Positions 12,789 through 25,978 of a stretch of 64,000 nucleotides of DNA are shown here, one piece after another. Source of the DNA: Yuukianura sp. NJ FZ-2021 (Eukaryota); assembly GCA_046563655.1 (NCBI GenBank), contig CM102287.1, forward strand, positions 10,106,001 through 10,170,000, read 5' to 3'. Within the stretch, counting starts at the first letter, position 1. The number at the start of each line of letters is the position of its first letter. Under the pieces are notes generated by a model that ran no database searches, had not been told where the DNA came from, and saw nothing but the letters and a program-made list of their open reading frames with translations. The position numbers and the translations under genes were made by a program.

Positions 12789-13856
12789 TGATGTTATAAG
12801 TGTCTTTGGCGGCTGCCACACAGTGTTTCCCGAACTCACATCGAAATTTTCCGGGAATGAAGTTTTGGTAGTACCAAAATGGCGCCGAGGCCATATGAAC
12901 TTGGCGGATTTTGGCGATGACACAGGCAGGGGGCATGACACGGTGACCATAGCCTAGGTGCTTCCAAATCCATCTGATGAAGGAACAATGTGCATTGTGA
13001 GCTCTCTGTCGTTCGGCACGATTCTTTCGGTATCTTGGGGTAGATAGACCGGATGAGGACTCAGTATCGTCACTGGATTGTGATGAGTTGTGAACACGGT
13101 AGAGAGCTCCATATTCTAGGACATCCGAAGTAAAGTTGGGATGAAGTGTGATACATCGATTGACATGATCGGGACATTCATTTTTCTGTTCATCGTCACG
13201 ATCTTGTTCTGATTGGATAAAGTCCACAACTCCCGAAATTTCGTGACAGCAAATCCGATCGTACTTTTTCATATGGTAGGAGACGACTTTACATTGGCCA
13301 CATTTGCACCTAAAAAAGGAACAAAAGAGAAACAATCAATCATCGTATCCTCAAAATGTCAATTAATCAAAACTTTCAAGTAGCATATGTTGAGCATAAA
13401 AACTAAAAATAGAAAACAACGCAAAAAGTTAATTACTCCAGACTAATGATAACTGATTATCACTCTAATTAATCGATTAATGCCTTATCTAAGCTCTTAC
13501 CATGAGTCTGCCGTAGAACTTTGACATCGTTCTTCAAGGTCATCTTCATTGACCCCTTCCAAATTAGTGCACAAGGCACATTTGCCTTCAATGACCCAGT
13601 CACTATCCGGGTCCTTCCGATCCACCTTCTCCTTGCTGTCGTTTTTTCGTCGACCTCTCTTGACCCCTTGACCTTTCTTGTTCCAGTTCTCATCCAATTG
13701 ATCTTCATCTGAAAAGAATCCACAGGAATCTTCCTCTGAATCTTCTTGGGATGAGTCAGAATCTTCCCCAGATGGAACAATTACAGATACTCCATCGTCC
13801 TCTTCCTCCTCAAAGTCGCTTAGTCCAATTGAACAGTCTGAGTCCTCAGCTGACAT
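12784..13856 (-). CDS. Stand-alone P2X7 C-terminal 'ballast'/KolX/nanor-like Zn-binding domain protein with acidic N-terminus (2 exons)
   Basis: Exon 13856-13501 spliced to 13309-12784 creates WCKCGQC, followed by ICCHEI, RCITLHPNF and HNAHCSFIRWIWKHLGYGHRVMPPACVIAKIRQ. This is the Cys/His pattern of the P2RX7_C family. Confidence 0.82.
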
Positions 13857-15401
13857 GACCTCAATTAATTGAAAATTCAATTGATTAGTCTACAAATGAA
13901 CGGAAATCCAGTATCCGGTATTCTGGTATTGATCCAGGAGTGTTGATGTTCTACGTAGCCGGTTTGTCTATTGACTGAGGACGTGACGCCTTGTTCGTCG
14001 GCCTCGGAATCTGTGGGATACAAAAATTGTAGTCTAAAATACGCCTCCTCCGTGGCGCCTGCTTTTTTGGCAATATTGCGAAAACGGCTTTGGGAATTTG
14101 GGTATTTCTAGAATGTACATCAGGAAGAAAACAACAAGGGAGTGGAGCAGTAGTTGGTGGTTGGATATCAGTTGACTTTAGGTACACTTCAACTACCTAA
14201 CTATGTCCATGTTATACTTTACTATGTCTACCTAGTATGTTGTACTTCACTATGTCTATGTTATAAGTAGTGTTAAGAGCTCTTACCGACTTGAGATTAT
14301 TAACACCAAGGAACGAGATTCCAGAGGAGGTTTGGTTAGTCCCAAGGTCATGACTTTTGTTTATTCCAAAACCACAGTTTTTTATCTTGACAGTTACATT
14401 ATACACGCTATTTGGCTATTTTGACGTTAGTATTAACGACTATACTCAATCAGTTCTATTTATCTACGTGCAGTTTCTCATGGACTTTCCACATTTCCGT
14501 TCACAAGTAGATTACGTTATGCTGATGCCTTAATGCCAAAGGTCATGCCGAAGGTCATAGTCATAACATGAATTACGGATATCCATAATCTGGTGTTTGG
14601 TAATTCAAAATTCTGGAGTTTCGTAAATTACTTGGAGAATCTGAGATTAGGAAGGGAGGTTTCTTGTTATTGTGAAATTCTTATTGCAAAACAAGTATCT
14701 TTTGAACGAGAATTTATTAATTAGAAGAAAGCTGTTCACAATTAAAACTGGATTGGACCAGTTTAGTTGTTTTTTTAGTATTCTGTCCTTCCACAAACCA
14801 AACCCTGAGTAATCGTACGCTGTTAGTTTTAGCCTAGAAATTATGGAGATGAAAATTATGAGAATTTTAGGTGACGAAAACAATGGAATTTTTCTGCTAA
14901 TGTAATTTTTTTAGTAGTGCTTAGGTATTTTTATAATTTCCGAATTATAAGTGCACGATTTGGGATTTCTGACGTAAACGATGCAAAAACAGTACAGTAC
15001 ATTTTGCTTTATGTACTGCAAAAAATATGAACAACTTCGTTCTGGATTTACCGGAATTTTTTGCAATTTAAATTCCATTTCGATAAGGAAATCTTTTTAG
15101 TTTAGTAAAGCGTCTAAATTCCTGTGAACTGATCATGCGCAAAAGTAATTACCAAATTTCAAAAAGAGAAATTAATTTTTGATGCCCATGTCTGTTGACA
15201 GGGTGTGAAGAAAATGGAGGAACCTTTACACCGACCACAAAAATTCCGGTTTTTGAAATTCGCGGTTTTTGAAACCTTGGAAATTCTGGAATCGGATTTT
15301 ATTAAATTCACAGATTTTATTTATTTATTCAATTATTCAACAGTTTTCACTAATTAACACACTGGTTTTTGATTGATTTGAGACTGGTGAAGTGAATTAC
15401 A

Positions 15402-17134
15402 ATGGGAGACCAAGTTGATCGTCCTTTACGTTCCGTTTTCAGTAAGTATTCGTCAGCTGATTCTCTTATGTTACTTTTCCGGTAATTTGAATGTGTTTAG
15501 GATTGTCAGTAATCGATTACTTTTGGTTTTCAGTTGGAAACATCCCGTATGAAGTCACTGAAGAGAAACTGAAGGAGATCTTCAGCGAAGTTGGGCCGGT
15601 GTTGAGCATGAAGTTGGTTTACGATCGGGAAAGCGGAAAGCCTAAGGGATATGGATTCTGCGAATACAAGGACTTGGAAACTGCCATGAGCGCAATGCGG
15701 AACCTCAATGGATATGAAATCAACGGAAGAGTACTGCGAGTGGACAATGCTGGGGCTGAAAGGCATCGAATGGCTGAAATGCAGCAGGAGAGAGACAGGG
15801 AGAGACACAGTGCGTTTGTAAATCGACGAAATAACGTTTAGGTATTGAATTGATTCTGGTTTTTAGTGAACGGTCCTCGACATGGTGAAGACCAAATGCA
15901 TCAACATCGGTTCATGGCAGACCATGATCGAGACCATGATGGTCCACCACCACCGGAGAAGACTCCCGAAGTGATTTCCAAAGCAGTTGCTTCTCTTCCG
16001 CCAGAACAAATGTTTGAACTGATGAAGCAAATGAAGATGTGCATTCAAAACAACCCGAATGAAGCCAGAACAATGTTACTCCAGAATCCGCAACTGGCTT
16101 ACGCTCTGCTTCAGGCTCAAGTTGTGATGAAAATTATTGATCCCGCCCAAGCACTGGTAAAATCAAGCAACAATTTCCTAAAATTGCTAAAAGTTACAAC
16201 TAATTCATACTTTTTCTGATTTTAGGCTATGCTTCATCAAGACAATGGAATCAGTATGGGTAATTTACTTCCAGAAGGGCAAACTGGACCTATGCTGATG
16301 CCTGGAGGAGGAGGACAACGTCCAGGATTTGGTCCTGGACCGCCTCATCCGCAAAGACAAGCTGAAAATCCTTGGATTGCTGCAGCTCCTTTGATGCCAC
16401 TCAATCCCCCTGGTCCATTTGGCCAAGGACCGCCACAACTCGGGCCTGGAGGACCTGGATCTGACATGGTAAAGTTATTTACATATTATAAATAATAAAT
16501 ATAATATTATAAATATAATTATATAATATGTAATTATGATTTCTACTTTGGAAACAGGACTTTCGTCAACTGGATCCACGCATCAGAAACCCGCCACCAC
16601 ATCATCAAGACTTGGATTTGTAAGTTTCGGTTTTTGATATTTCGATTTTCGTTTTTATGGAATTCTAAAACGTTTTTTTTTTATGTTTTTAGGCGTGGCG
16701 ATCATCACCGTGGTGGACCAGATCGGTTTCAAATGGATCCACGACAACGAGATGCTGACAGAGACATGAGAATGGGACGTGGTGGAATGAGTGACCGTGA
16801 TTTGAGAGATCCACGACTTCAGCAACAACAGCAACAGCCACCACCACAACCGAATCCAATGTTATCTGATCCCCGTGCTCGTGCTAGAGCCGACAGAGAC
16901 CAAGCACAGCAACAAGGGCAAGTCCAAGCACAAATCCAGCAGAAAGTGACAGCAGCTTCTCTTCCCGCAAGCATGGCTGCCAGTTTTGGACCAGGAACGA
17001 CAGACACGGAAAAAGCGGCACTCATTATGCAGGTTCTTCAACTTTCCGATGAACAAATTGCAATGCTCCCACCGGAACAGAGACAGAGCATCCTTGTTCT
17101 CAAGGAACAAATTGCTAAGGCCGGGAATCGCTAA
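15402..17134 (+). CDS. CSTF2: Cleavage stimulation factor 64 kDa subunit
   Basis: RRM (RSVF-VGNIPYE...[10 protein letters not shown]), hinge ([24 protein letters not shown]) and C-terminal domain ([35 protein letters not shown]). Confidence 0.96.
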
Positions 17135-17240
17135 GTTAAACATAACCTTATATCTATATAATGTTTTTTAAGATTTTAAGATCTTAGTTTTTTGATTGAT
17201 GGATTAGAACAATTTGTTAATTAAACACTTAAGGTTTGAA

Positions 17241-18392
17241 TTATTTGGAAAAGTTAGTTTTGGAAAAACTGTTACGATTTGCGACTTTTGGAGTGTCACC
17301 TTCTGGTCCAAGTGCAGGAGAAGTTGGAGTGATTGGACTGTTGAATTTGTCTACTTTGATTTCCTGACGTTGATACTTTGACAATTCGTAGGTCAAGTCA
17401 TGCAGTCTGTCCTCTTTCAGGTCAACAGTCATTTGCAGACGAGCAACCTGAAATGAAGTTAAAACGTTTTTCAAAATGAACTTTTCAAAATAACGTTTTA
17501 AAAACGTTTCAGGTTACTTGAGATCTGAGCTGTTCGTTGGTTGTCCGAAGTTGGATAAGTTCGACGTCACGTTTTTCGACCTCATGTGTCATCAAGTCCT
17601 TGGCCACCATGAGCTTCCCCTGAATCATAAATTCCTTCTGGCCTTTCAGATCTTTTCGAGTGAGGCAGACATCTTGTTTCCAATCTTCCAAAGGCAAAGG
17701 ATCTGCACTTGCTCGTGCCCTCTCTTCTTCTGCTTCACGCTTCTGAGCTTCCAGAGTCACCGCAATGTCATGGAGGTGTTTCAGAACCTTAAAAAAACGA
17801 TTTCTATACGTTTGCATAAAAACTTTTCATATTTTCATTTTCATAAAATGCCTTGCCTTATTGACTGCTCCTGGCCTGGCTTCGATGATGTGCTGCATGT
17901 GCTCGTCGTTGATGTCGAAGTTCAGTTTGGGCAAAACCTTTCGTCTGAGATGCATCCAGTTGTCTCTCTTAGTTTTTGAGGAACATCCACGACTGAAGTT
18001 GTGCATATCAACGATTTTGGGGTGAAGGTGAGCAATCAACTCAGCAACTAAGTCTAAAAAATACAAGAAAAAGTGAGTAAAAACGTTTTTTGTGGGGTGA
18101 ATTTCGATCTTATCGGACATCCATCAGAAAAATCCCGTTCGGTTCGAGTCAGCGAGGCTTCAGAGCGTGACCTCGACAGTTGCAGTCCATCTAACCAAAG
18201 GACGATTTGTTCAAGCTCTCCTGCGTCTACTTCAGCTCCAGAACACCTCGGTCGTGACCTGGACTTGGAACTGCTCTTGGCTGACCTCGTCACAGCAGCG
18301 TCAGTTTCACTTGGAGACTTCAGCGTACTTTTGGACAACGACGAGACGGAAGTTACCGACGCATTCTTGTCGACGTTGTCCTTCATGTTCAT
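17241..18392 (-). CDS. SPEF1: Sperm flagellar protein 1 (CLAMP), CH-like domain plus coiled coil
   Basis: WLDGLQLSR..RDFSDG-LVAELIAHLHPKIVDMHNF...KRDNWMHLRRKVLPKLNF is the SPEF1 CH domain, followed by a C-terminal coiled coil (LKEDRLHDL). Confidence 0.88.
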
Positions 18393-18717
18393 GATGGTAT
18401 GAGGTATGGTAAGTTCAGCAGTGAAAACTGCTTTGCTTTCGTATTTCCTGAAAGCATAAAAATATTTATTTAGTACGGAATAGAAGTAGAAGATAGATAT
18501 TAATTAGCAATTGATATCCTGGATTTGTATTTACCGTGAACTGCTGAATTCCAGAAGTGTCAATCAGTGACCTCTGACCTTGTCGTTAACGACGATCGAC
18601 GAACAGAACAACTGATTACTGACGTCGATCAATCATCAATCACAAAAATCATTGAAATTAAAAAATTGCAGCACTTTTTAAATTTTTACAGAGTTTCCCA
18701 CGGAAAATGAAAAAGAG

Positions 18718-18751
18718 GTCACGTGATTGGCACGCATGCGTCGTCATGACG
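18718..18751. promoter_or_regulatory. Motif cluster in the SPEF1/DNAI1 divergent promoter (E-box, CCAAT, two palindromes)
   Basis: CACGTG 18720-25, ATTGG 18726-30, ACGCATGCGT 18732-41 and CGTCATGACG 18742-51, abutting each other between two head-to-head genes. Confidence 0.4.
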
Positions 18752-19006
18752 ATCTGATAAAAGTCCCGCTTTGTTTGTTTACTTTTTTTATCAGTCGATT
18801 TTGCGTGAAGTCCGTTCAAAAATTGCGTAAAAATTTGTTTACCTCATTTGATTCCTGGACAAGTGGACATTTCACAATAATTTCATTGATTTTAGAAGCA
18901 AGAACGTTGCAGTTCAACTGGTTTGCTAAAGAACTGTTAAGTACCACTCGGAAGGTGGTAAGTAGTTTCAATTGATTTGGGATAAATCAGAGATTCCATT
19001 CCATAA

Positions 19007-22000
19007 ATGACTCCGCCCGTACCTGCCACATCTGTTCGTCCACCAGCTGGCAAGTCGCCAAGAAAGCGTCGTGGACGGGGAGGAGACGACGATGAATACG
19101 GTGGACGTGACAATCGGCCTCTCCAGAAACCTCCAGGTAAAACGCAAGCAACTGATTGTGAATCGAGGATAAATCATTAATTGAGTAAAAGTTCTTATTC
19201 TTTCTTAATTTTTCATGAATTTCAGATCAGGAGAAACTGAATGAAGCTGTGAGTATCTTTCCATAACATTTCGTCACAATTTATCCCAGTTTTGATATGT
19301 TTTGGTTGTTCATAGGACCTCAAAGAGGAATTCGTCCGAAACCTAACGACCTTTGACCCGCTCAAACAACGAAATGCCGTCGTTTGGGACTATAAAGAGA
19401 GGTAAGGTGATATCAGTTCTATCCAAACGTTTTTGTTTTATTAAAAACGTTTTAGTAGTTTCCGTTTTTTCTTAGTTCGTTCATACTCTTCGTTGACCCG
19501 GAACCTTCAATTTTCATTTTGTCTCTGGAGTCAGAGCTGCTGGCCAAGGATGGAGCCGAAGTCGCAGACGTGTCATGTAACGACACAGATCCATTTTTTA
19601 GGATAAACTGTGCAGTGTGCACATTTTGGATTGATGACTAAAATTTTGTGTTTTACAGATGAAGAGTTGATGGAGGACGATTCTGACAAGGAAGTTGAGG
19701 AAGGATTTGAACGGCCTGCGGTCGTTGTGGAAGTAGTGGAGGTCAAGCGAAAAATGCCTGGAGTTGGCGGAGCTCATCCGTCGGAAGCCGAGTTGAAAGA
19801 GGAAGAAGAAAAGGAAAAAGAGAAGGAACGTGCTGTAGCTCCTCCTCCTCCGCCGGAACCAACTGAAGAGGAGGATGGTAAGTCAAAAATGTCAACAGTA
19901 ATTGATTTTAATCTTGGAAATTGACGTTGTGACGTTCTTCTGTAGCAGGAGGGGAGGAACGTGGAGCAGGAGATGCTAGCGGGAAGAAACTGCTGAACCA
20001 ATTCAACTACTGCGAAAGAGCTTCCCAGACGACGACGCATCGACCAAGAGATCACTCTTGTCAAACGGAGCCACCGGAACAAGTAATCCAGAAAGACCAG
20101 TGCAACATGTACATTATTCATGACGCCTACAAAGCAGACATTGCCAATCAAAAACGTCTGGCCAAGTTGGGAATTACGCCGGTTATGCATGGTGACGAAG
20201 ATCACAAAGACGAGGAAGGCGAAAAGAAACCAGTCATCAAGGAAGTTCGCAAGGAAAAACTCTTGTAAGAATTTTTAAAACCGAACAAAAACGTTATTGA
20301 AAAAATCTGATTTTTCGAATTTTGGTTTTTCAGAGTCCCCGAGCATCCCAAAGTTCGTCTCCGTAAGAAATCGGCAATCGAAGGTCAAGCAGCGACGGAC
20401 GTCGCTTATGCAAAGTCAGCCGAATGTCTTCGTTTTCTGGAAAGATTGGTGGCGAGCAATGCTTTTGAGGATGTTCTCTATGGTAGGGTTTCAAAATTTT
20501 GAAATTTCTAAAACTTGAAGTTAATTTTTTTTGAAAATTAGATTTCAAGTATTTTGATGACAATTCGGATGCTTATCGTGAGAACGGTGAGGGAACGCTG
20601 TTGCCTCTTTGGCGTTTCTTATATGACAAGGCAAAAAGGAAGCACGTGACTTGCATCAGTTGGAGCAACATGCAACCGGATTGCTTTGCTGTCAGTTATG
20701 GTTGTTGTAAGTTTCTTGGCCTAACAGCAAAATTTTTTGACTAGGCAGCAAAATTTCAAAATCAACTTATCTTTTTCAAAGTTTCGTTCGTTCATCCTGT
20801 TCAAACTGGACTCGTTGTGATGTACAGTCTGCGTAATCCGCTCTACCCAGAACATATTTGGCAGATTGACAAAGGCGTTTTTTGTTGTCACATTCATCGC
20901 AAGTACGTCGTTTACTTATATTTTCGAAATATTAAAAACTTGATTTGGATTTTTTTCCCAGTTTTTTTATTTTGAAATGATTTTTGAATGTTTCAGGAAG
21001 AATAGCCTCGTTTGCATTGGCCTTTCAGATGGAAACGTGGCAGTACTGAATCTGCAGAAAGATTCAAAAGGAGTATCACAAACGGAAGTGCTGGACAATT
21101 ATCCGCTGGCACTCAAGCACCATGCTCCAATCTGGACAGGTTTTTTGAAAAATCTCAAAATTTTCAAAATTTTAATCTCGAAACCTGTATTTTTTTTTAA
21201 AGTGCAATGGGGCCAGGAGGATTTGGACGCAAATCCAACGTTTTACAGCGCCGGAATGGATGGGAAGGTGAGAAGGATTTAAAACTCAGAATTTCTAGAA
21301 TTTGTAATTAAAAATTGAAATTTAAATTGAAATTTTGAAAACTGAAATACTTTTTTTTAGATCATTCACTGGACAATGGGCGTTTCGGATGCTGATGGAA
21401 ACGGAGGGCTGAAAGGAGTTGCAATTTCTACTTTGATTCTGCCGCAACCTCCAGTTGATGGACCTGATGGAACACATTACCAAATGTTTGGTAAAATCAA
21501 AATTTCATAAACCCTTTCAAAATTTCCAAATATGTTGAACTTTTTTTTTGAATTGGTTAGGCTGTGCTCGGTGTATTGCTTTTCATCCGAGTGAATTGAC
21601 TACTCTGCTGGTTGGAACTGCCGAGGGAAAAATTTTCATTGCGTCTTCCTTATACAAAGACAAACTTCTGAAGGTTAGTTTGTAGTATCGCTTTTTTCGT
21701 GGGATCAATACCCAATCATTGTAGTTTTTGTTCAAAAAAAGAACAATTTTTCAAAATTTTTGGTTTCAATTTTGTCTAGATTTTCAAAGCTCACTTCCTT
21801 CCGGTGGCTGCAATACAGTGGAATATCTACCACTATGAAGTCTTTCTGTCCTGCTCTGAGGATTGGACCATCAAGATCTGGGATCGTCGTGATCTGTAAC
21901 TTGTCCTCAAGATTAGCATAAGATTAACAAGATTAGCATGGATGATTTTTGGTGAAATGTGATGCTAATTTTGGTTTCAGCGAGCCCTTGTTTACTTTCG

Positions 22001-22588
22001 AAACGGGCGTACCAATCATGGATGCATGTTGGGCTCCATACTCTTCCAGTGTCTTTGGTTGTGTCACTCTCGAGGGAAAGGTAAAAATAACTTATGTTTT
22101 AGATTTTATTTATTATATTTTATTTAAATATAATAATTTATTTTTATGTTATTTCTGTAGCTGTTGGTGTACGACTTGAATGTGAACCGGGAGAAACCAG
22201 TTTGTACGCAACAAGTCGCCACCAAAAAGAAAATCCATCCGCATCGCATGCAGTTCAATCCCAGACATCCCATTGTCGTAGTTGGGGATGACAGGTAAGA
22301 ATTTTATACAACTTTGGAAATTGTGCGGCGAACAGAGTTTGACCTTTGACCTTCAGAGGTTCACTGCTGACGCTCAAGTTGTCACCGAATCTTCGGATTT
22401 TGCCAAAAGATACTCGCGGAATCCTGCTGGAAGGAGACACGCGAATCAAGTGGGAAATTAACAAAATGATTCGAATCATGAAACTGGTTCGAGATCCTTC
22501 CATCGTCTTCAAACCCACGCCAGAAGAACTGCCACTGGTGACCGACCTGGCTGCCATTCCAGGTCAATTGTCACGCGTCACAAATTAG
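19007..22588 (+). CDS. DNAI1: Axonemal outer-arm dynein intermediate chain 1 (multi-exon)
   Basis: LKEEFVRNLT; KLLNQFNYCERASQT...CQTEPP; DFKYFDDNSDAYRENGEGTLLPLWRF; WD40 repeats (VFLSCSEDWTIKIWD, ACWAPYSSSVF); TLKLSPNLR. Confidence 0.93.
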
Positions 22589-22949
22589 AAAAAGGTCATT
22601 GACCTTTTCCAGAAAAAAAAATGAAAAGTACAAATAGTAGTATTACAAAAGACTTGTTTCAACGAAACTTTAAAACAGAAAACTAAATTGCCTAATAATT
22701 GAAATAACTAACAGCAAGTTGCAAAAGAAATTTTGAAAAGTCGAAAATTTTCGAAAGTTGCAAATTTTTTGCAGCAATGCAGCTCCCCATTGCACCAAAA
22801 ATTTTACTGCGAAGTGGCAACGTTGCGCGGAGGTGCCGTACTGCCTACTTTTTGTTTTGTAGTGGAGATTTTCACGAGAAAAATGGTTGGGGTAAGGCTT
22901 AACGACCTTTATTGTAGCCCCATCGCTCAAAGGCTCCTAATAGTAATAC

Positions 22950-23210
22950 AATACCTAAAATTTTTTCCTGATTGATGAGGTATTGCTAATTTAGTCTCAC
23001 TAAAATTTATTCGTGATGATGATGAAGTTTATTGCTGAATATCATTCCTGAGTGAGTCGCTTGGATGAGGAATTTCTCAGTCAGCAATATCTAAAATTTG
23101 GTCTGGATGAGGAATTGCTAACTTTAAGTCTCAGACTCACAAATACGTAAAATTTATTCCTGACGAGGTATTGCTAATAAGTCTCACGTAAATACCTAAA
23201 ATTTCTTCAG
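22950..23210. repeat. Degenerate repeat (aaaatttattcctgaygaggtattgctaa..gtctca), about 4-5 copies
   Basis: Recurring motif visible upstream of TRNAU1AP. Confidence 0.55.
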
Positions 23211-23628
23211 GTGTAGCTTACAAAAGATGGCAGGGGTGGCTCTACTCTGCGGTTACAATTATGGTCGTTAATCTTCACTGTGACCAGAAAATTCGTCATC
23301 ATCGAACTTTCGTCCTCTTCGCGGTCATCATTCTCTGCCGTTCTCCGTTCTTGTTTTTTAGTTCCTTTCTTCTTCGTCATCCCCTTCTACCTTACCGTCT
23401 TTGGACACTTGAAGAACAGACGTTTGAGAATTAACCGATTACTGACCTCTACTACGCCAAGGTCACTCCACACCAAGGTCAGGTCACCCAAAGACTCGTC
23501 TTTGTCATAACAGACGGAGTGTCATATCCTTTGTTTCAGTCCAAGTTCAACCACCGTTACTTTCTGCGTTTCCCGTTTTCTACGTCTTTTAGGATACAGG
23601 ATACTACGTTAATCGGCTAATTGTCACC

Positions 23629-25978
23629 ATGAATACAATCACACAAGCAGGAGTTCTGTGGATGGGCTCGGTAAGATCTTTTAATTAGTTAATCGATCCA
23701 TTGGTATTTGGCAAGTGGAATTTTGGAAAGATGTGACGTGTGATGTCATTTGTTTGTCATCTCTCATACGATGTTATGAATTGGTGGACTTTGGACTTTA
23801 GCAATACCAGACGGTGACGTCCTGACTTTGTGTTACGTGACCCCGGTCGCATCTTCATGGTTTCTATAAATCATGCTTTAGTTAATCGTTAATTATGAAT
23901 GAATAAGTTCGGAATAATTGACAACTGGTAACAAGGTCATAGTGCTTTTCCTTTATCATGAGAGGAACAGAGCATTTATTTTTGAAACTTAGTAAATGAA
24001 CTTCTTATCAATTTGCTCTTGACCACGAAGATGTGACCTTTGGTTCTCATGCTATACTAAGATCTTGACAGCACGTAATCCCATTAAGGAGTCGTCAATA
24101 ATTATAGCCATAGGAGATAAATTTAACAATGGGTAGTGAAGTTTAGTTTGAGTTTTTCCTAACAGATGCTTAGGTTGATGACCTTTGGCACTAACCATAA
24201 TGAATGATTAAACCAAATGTTTCTTGTTTTGTTTAGTTGGAGCGCTACATGGATGAGAACTACATTCGGAACTGTTTTAGCCAAATGGGAGAGGTCATCT
24301 CTGGGGTCAAGATGATGAAAAATAAGTTTACGGGAGAGCCAGCTGGCTATTGTTTTGTCCAGTAAGAATTTTAGAATGCCCGTGTTTAAATTTTCACGTT
24401 TAGTTAACTTAGTTAGTTAGTTTAGTGAAATGAATTTCCATTGGTTCTGTTTAGATTTCCGGATGATTTTTCGGCGTTGACGGCAATGCATAAACTAAAC
24501 AACAAGATGATTCCGAATTCCCAACCTCCGACTAAATTTCGGCTCAATCATACTTCACTTGGTGGGAAGTCGGCTATGGACAGAGACTACTCTCTCTGGA
24601 TTGGAGACTTAAGTCCGGATGTGGATGACTACACACTCTACAAGGGCTTTGCCTCACGTTACCCTTCAGTTCGTCTCGCTAAAGGTCAGTAGTTGACCTC
24701 TCGTTGCTTTTTCTTTGCCATAAAGTCCATTCTGAAAATTATCTCATGCTATTTCAGTTATCCTGGATGCCAATGGATTCAGTAAAGGATACGGATTCGT
24801 TCGTTTTGCTGAAGAAGATGAGCAGAAAGATGCATTGAATCACATGAATGGATTCAAGGTCAGATTCTTACTTTTCCAAAAACGTTTTTCAAAATTCTTA
24901 TAACGTTTGGTTTTTACTTTGTATGAATTATTTTTAGGGAATTGGTAGTAAGGCGCTTCGTGTTAGTATTGCAATCAACCGTGCTGGAGGTCCAAAAGCC
25001 AACAATCCACTACAAGGCCAGGCAATGGCTGCTGTCCAGGCCATGTAGTAAGTTCCAGCACTAACACTTTTAATTAGTAGTCGTGATTAAGCATAACTTC
25101 AGATTAATTAACTGTTGTGATTAATTTTGAATTAGCTCCGGGCAAGGAGGAATGCAACCTCAACATCCACAACCGTCAGCCGAGTATGCTCATTACTATG
25201 AGCAGTACTACCAAAACTACGCCGCTTGGCAAAACTATGGAAACTACTATGATCCGACCTACGCCTATGCTCAACATCCTCATCAACAGGGTCCCCCTCC
25301 GCATCAACCGCCACCAATGATGCAAGCACATTATCCAACAGCTATGGCTGGACTTCCGGTCACTGGCCCACTTCATCCCCTCCAACAACAAGATGATGAA
25401 TTCGAGCTTGTCGGTAAGTACGCCAACCTCTCACTGCTACCCTTCTACTCTACCTTCTACTGCTAAAAACTTCGCAAATAACTTCATATGTGCCAATTTT
25501 CTCAGCATTCGTGTAGAATTTATACTTGTATCGCTCGTGCTTCATTTTTCGTGTTTATGTTTTGCTAAAAAGTAAAATTGTTGAACATTCCTTCGCTTGC
25601 AATCGCTGATTCGTGCAATTTGCCATTGCTTATTATTGATTTGTGCAATTTGTGCATACCTTGTCGTTGATTTGAGCTTAATTTTTGCCTAACATCCTCC
25701 ACTGCCCCTGTCTTCTACTCTGTAACAAAGTTAGGTTAGTTTAACCTAACTTGCTTGAGAGATGTTGTCTAAGTGTAGGTCTGTTATGCTTTCTGTTTTA
25801 ACTTTTACAAGGATTTTGAATCAAATTGACCAATTGAATGAACGCAGAACATAGCCAGCCGACGGACGTGGATCGTCTAAATGCAGAGTACATTGCACGT
25901 TCCAATGACCTCTACGATGCACTCGAAGACTCTCGTTGGCTCCCCAAAGGAACGCTTGAAATACCCATGCCCTACTGA
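23629..25978 (+). CDS. TRNAU1AP: tRNA selenocysteine 1-associated protein 1 (SECp43)
   Basis: LWMGSLERYMDENYI...NKFTGEPAGYCFV, KFRLNH, YSLWIGDLSPDVDDYTLY (two RRMs), Tyr/Gln-rich segment and C-terminal DVDRLNAEYIARSNDLYDALEDSRW. Confidence 0.93.

Noticed and set aside
13900..15350. Kolobok transposase or TIRs next to the ballast/KolX-like gene
   Set aside because: No long ORF, DDE/THAP motif or convincing inverted termini could be seen.
25043..25054. In-frame TAG in TRNAU1AP suggesting readthrough
   Set aside because: The TA|GTAAGT donor splits the codon, and splicing gives TAC (Tyr).
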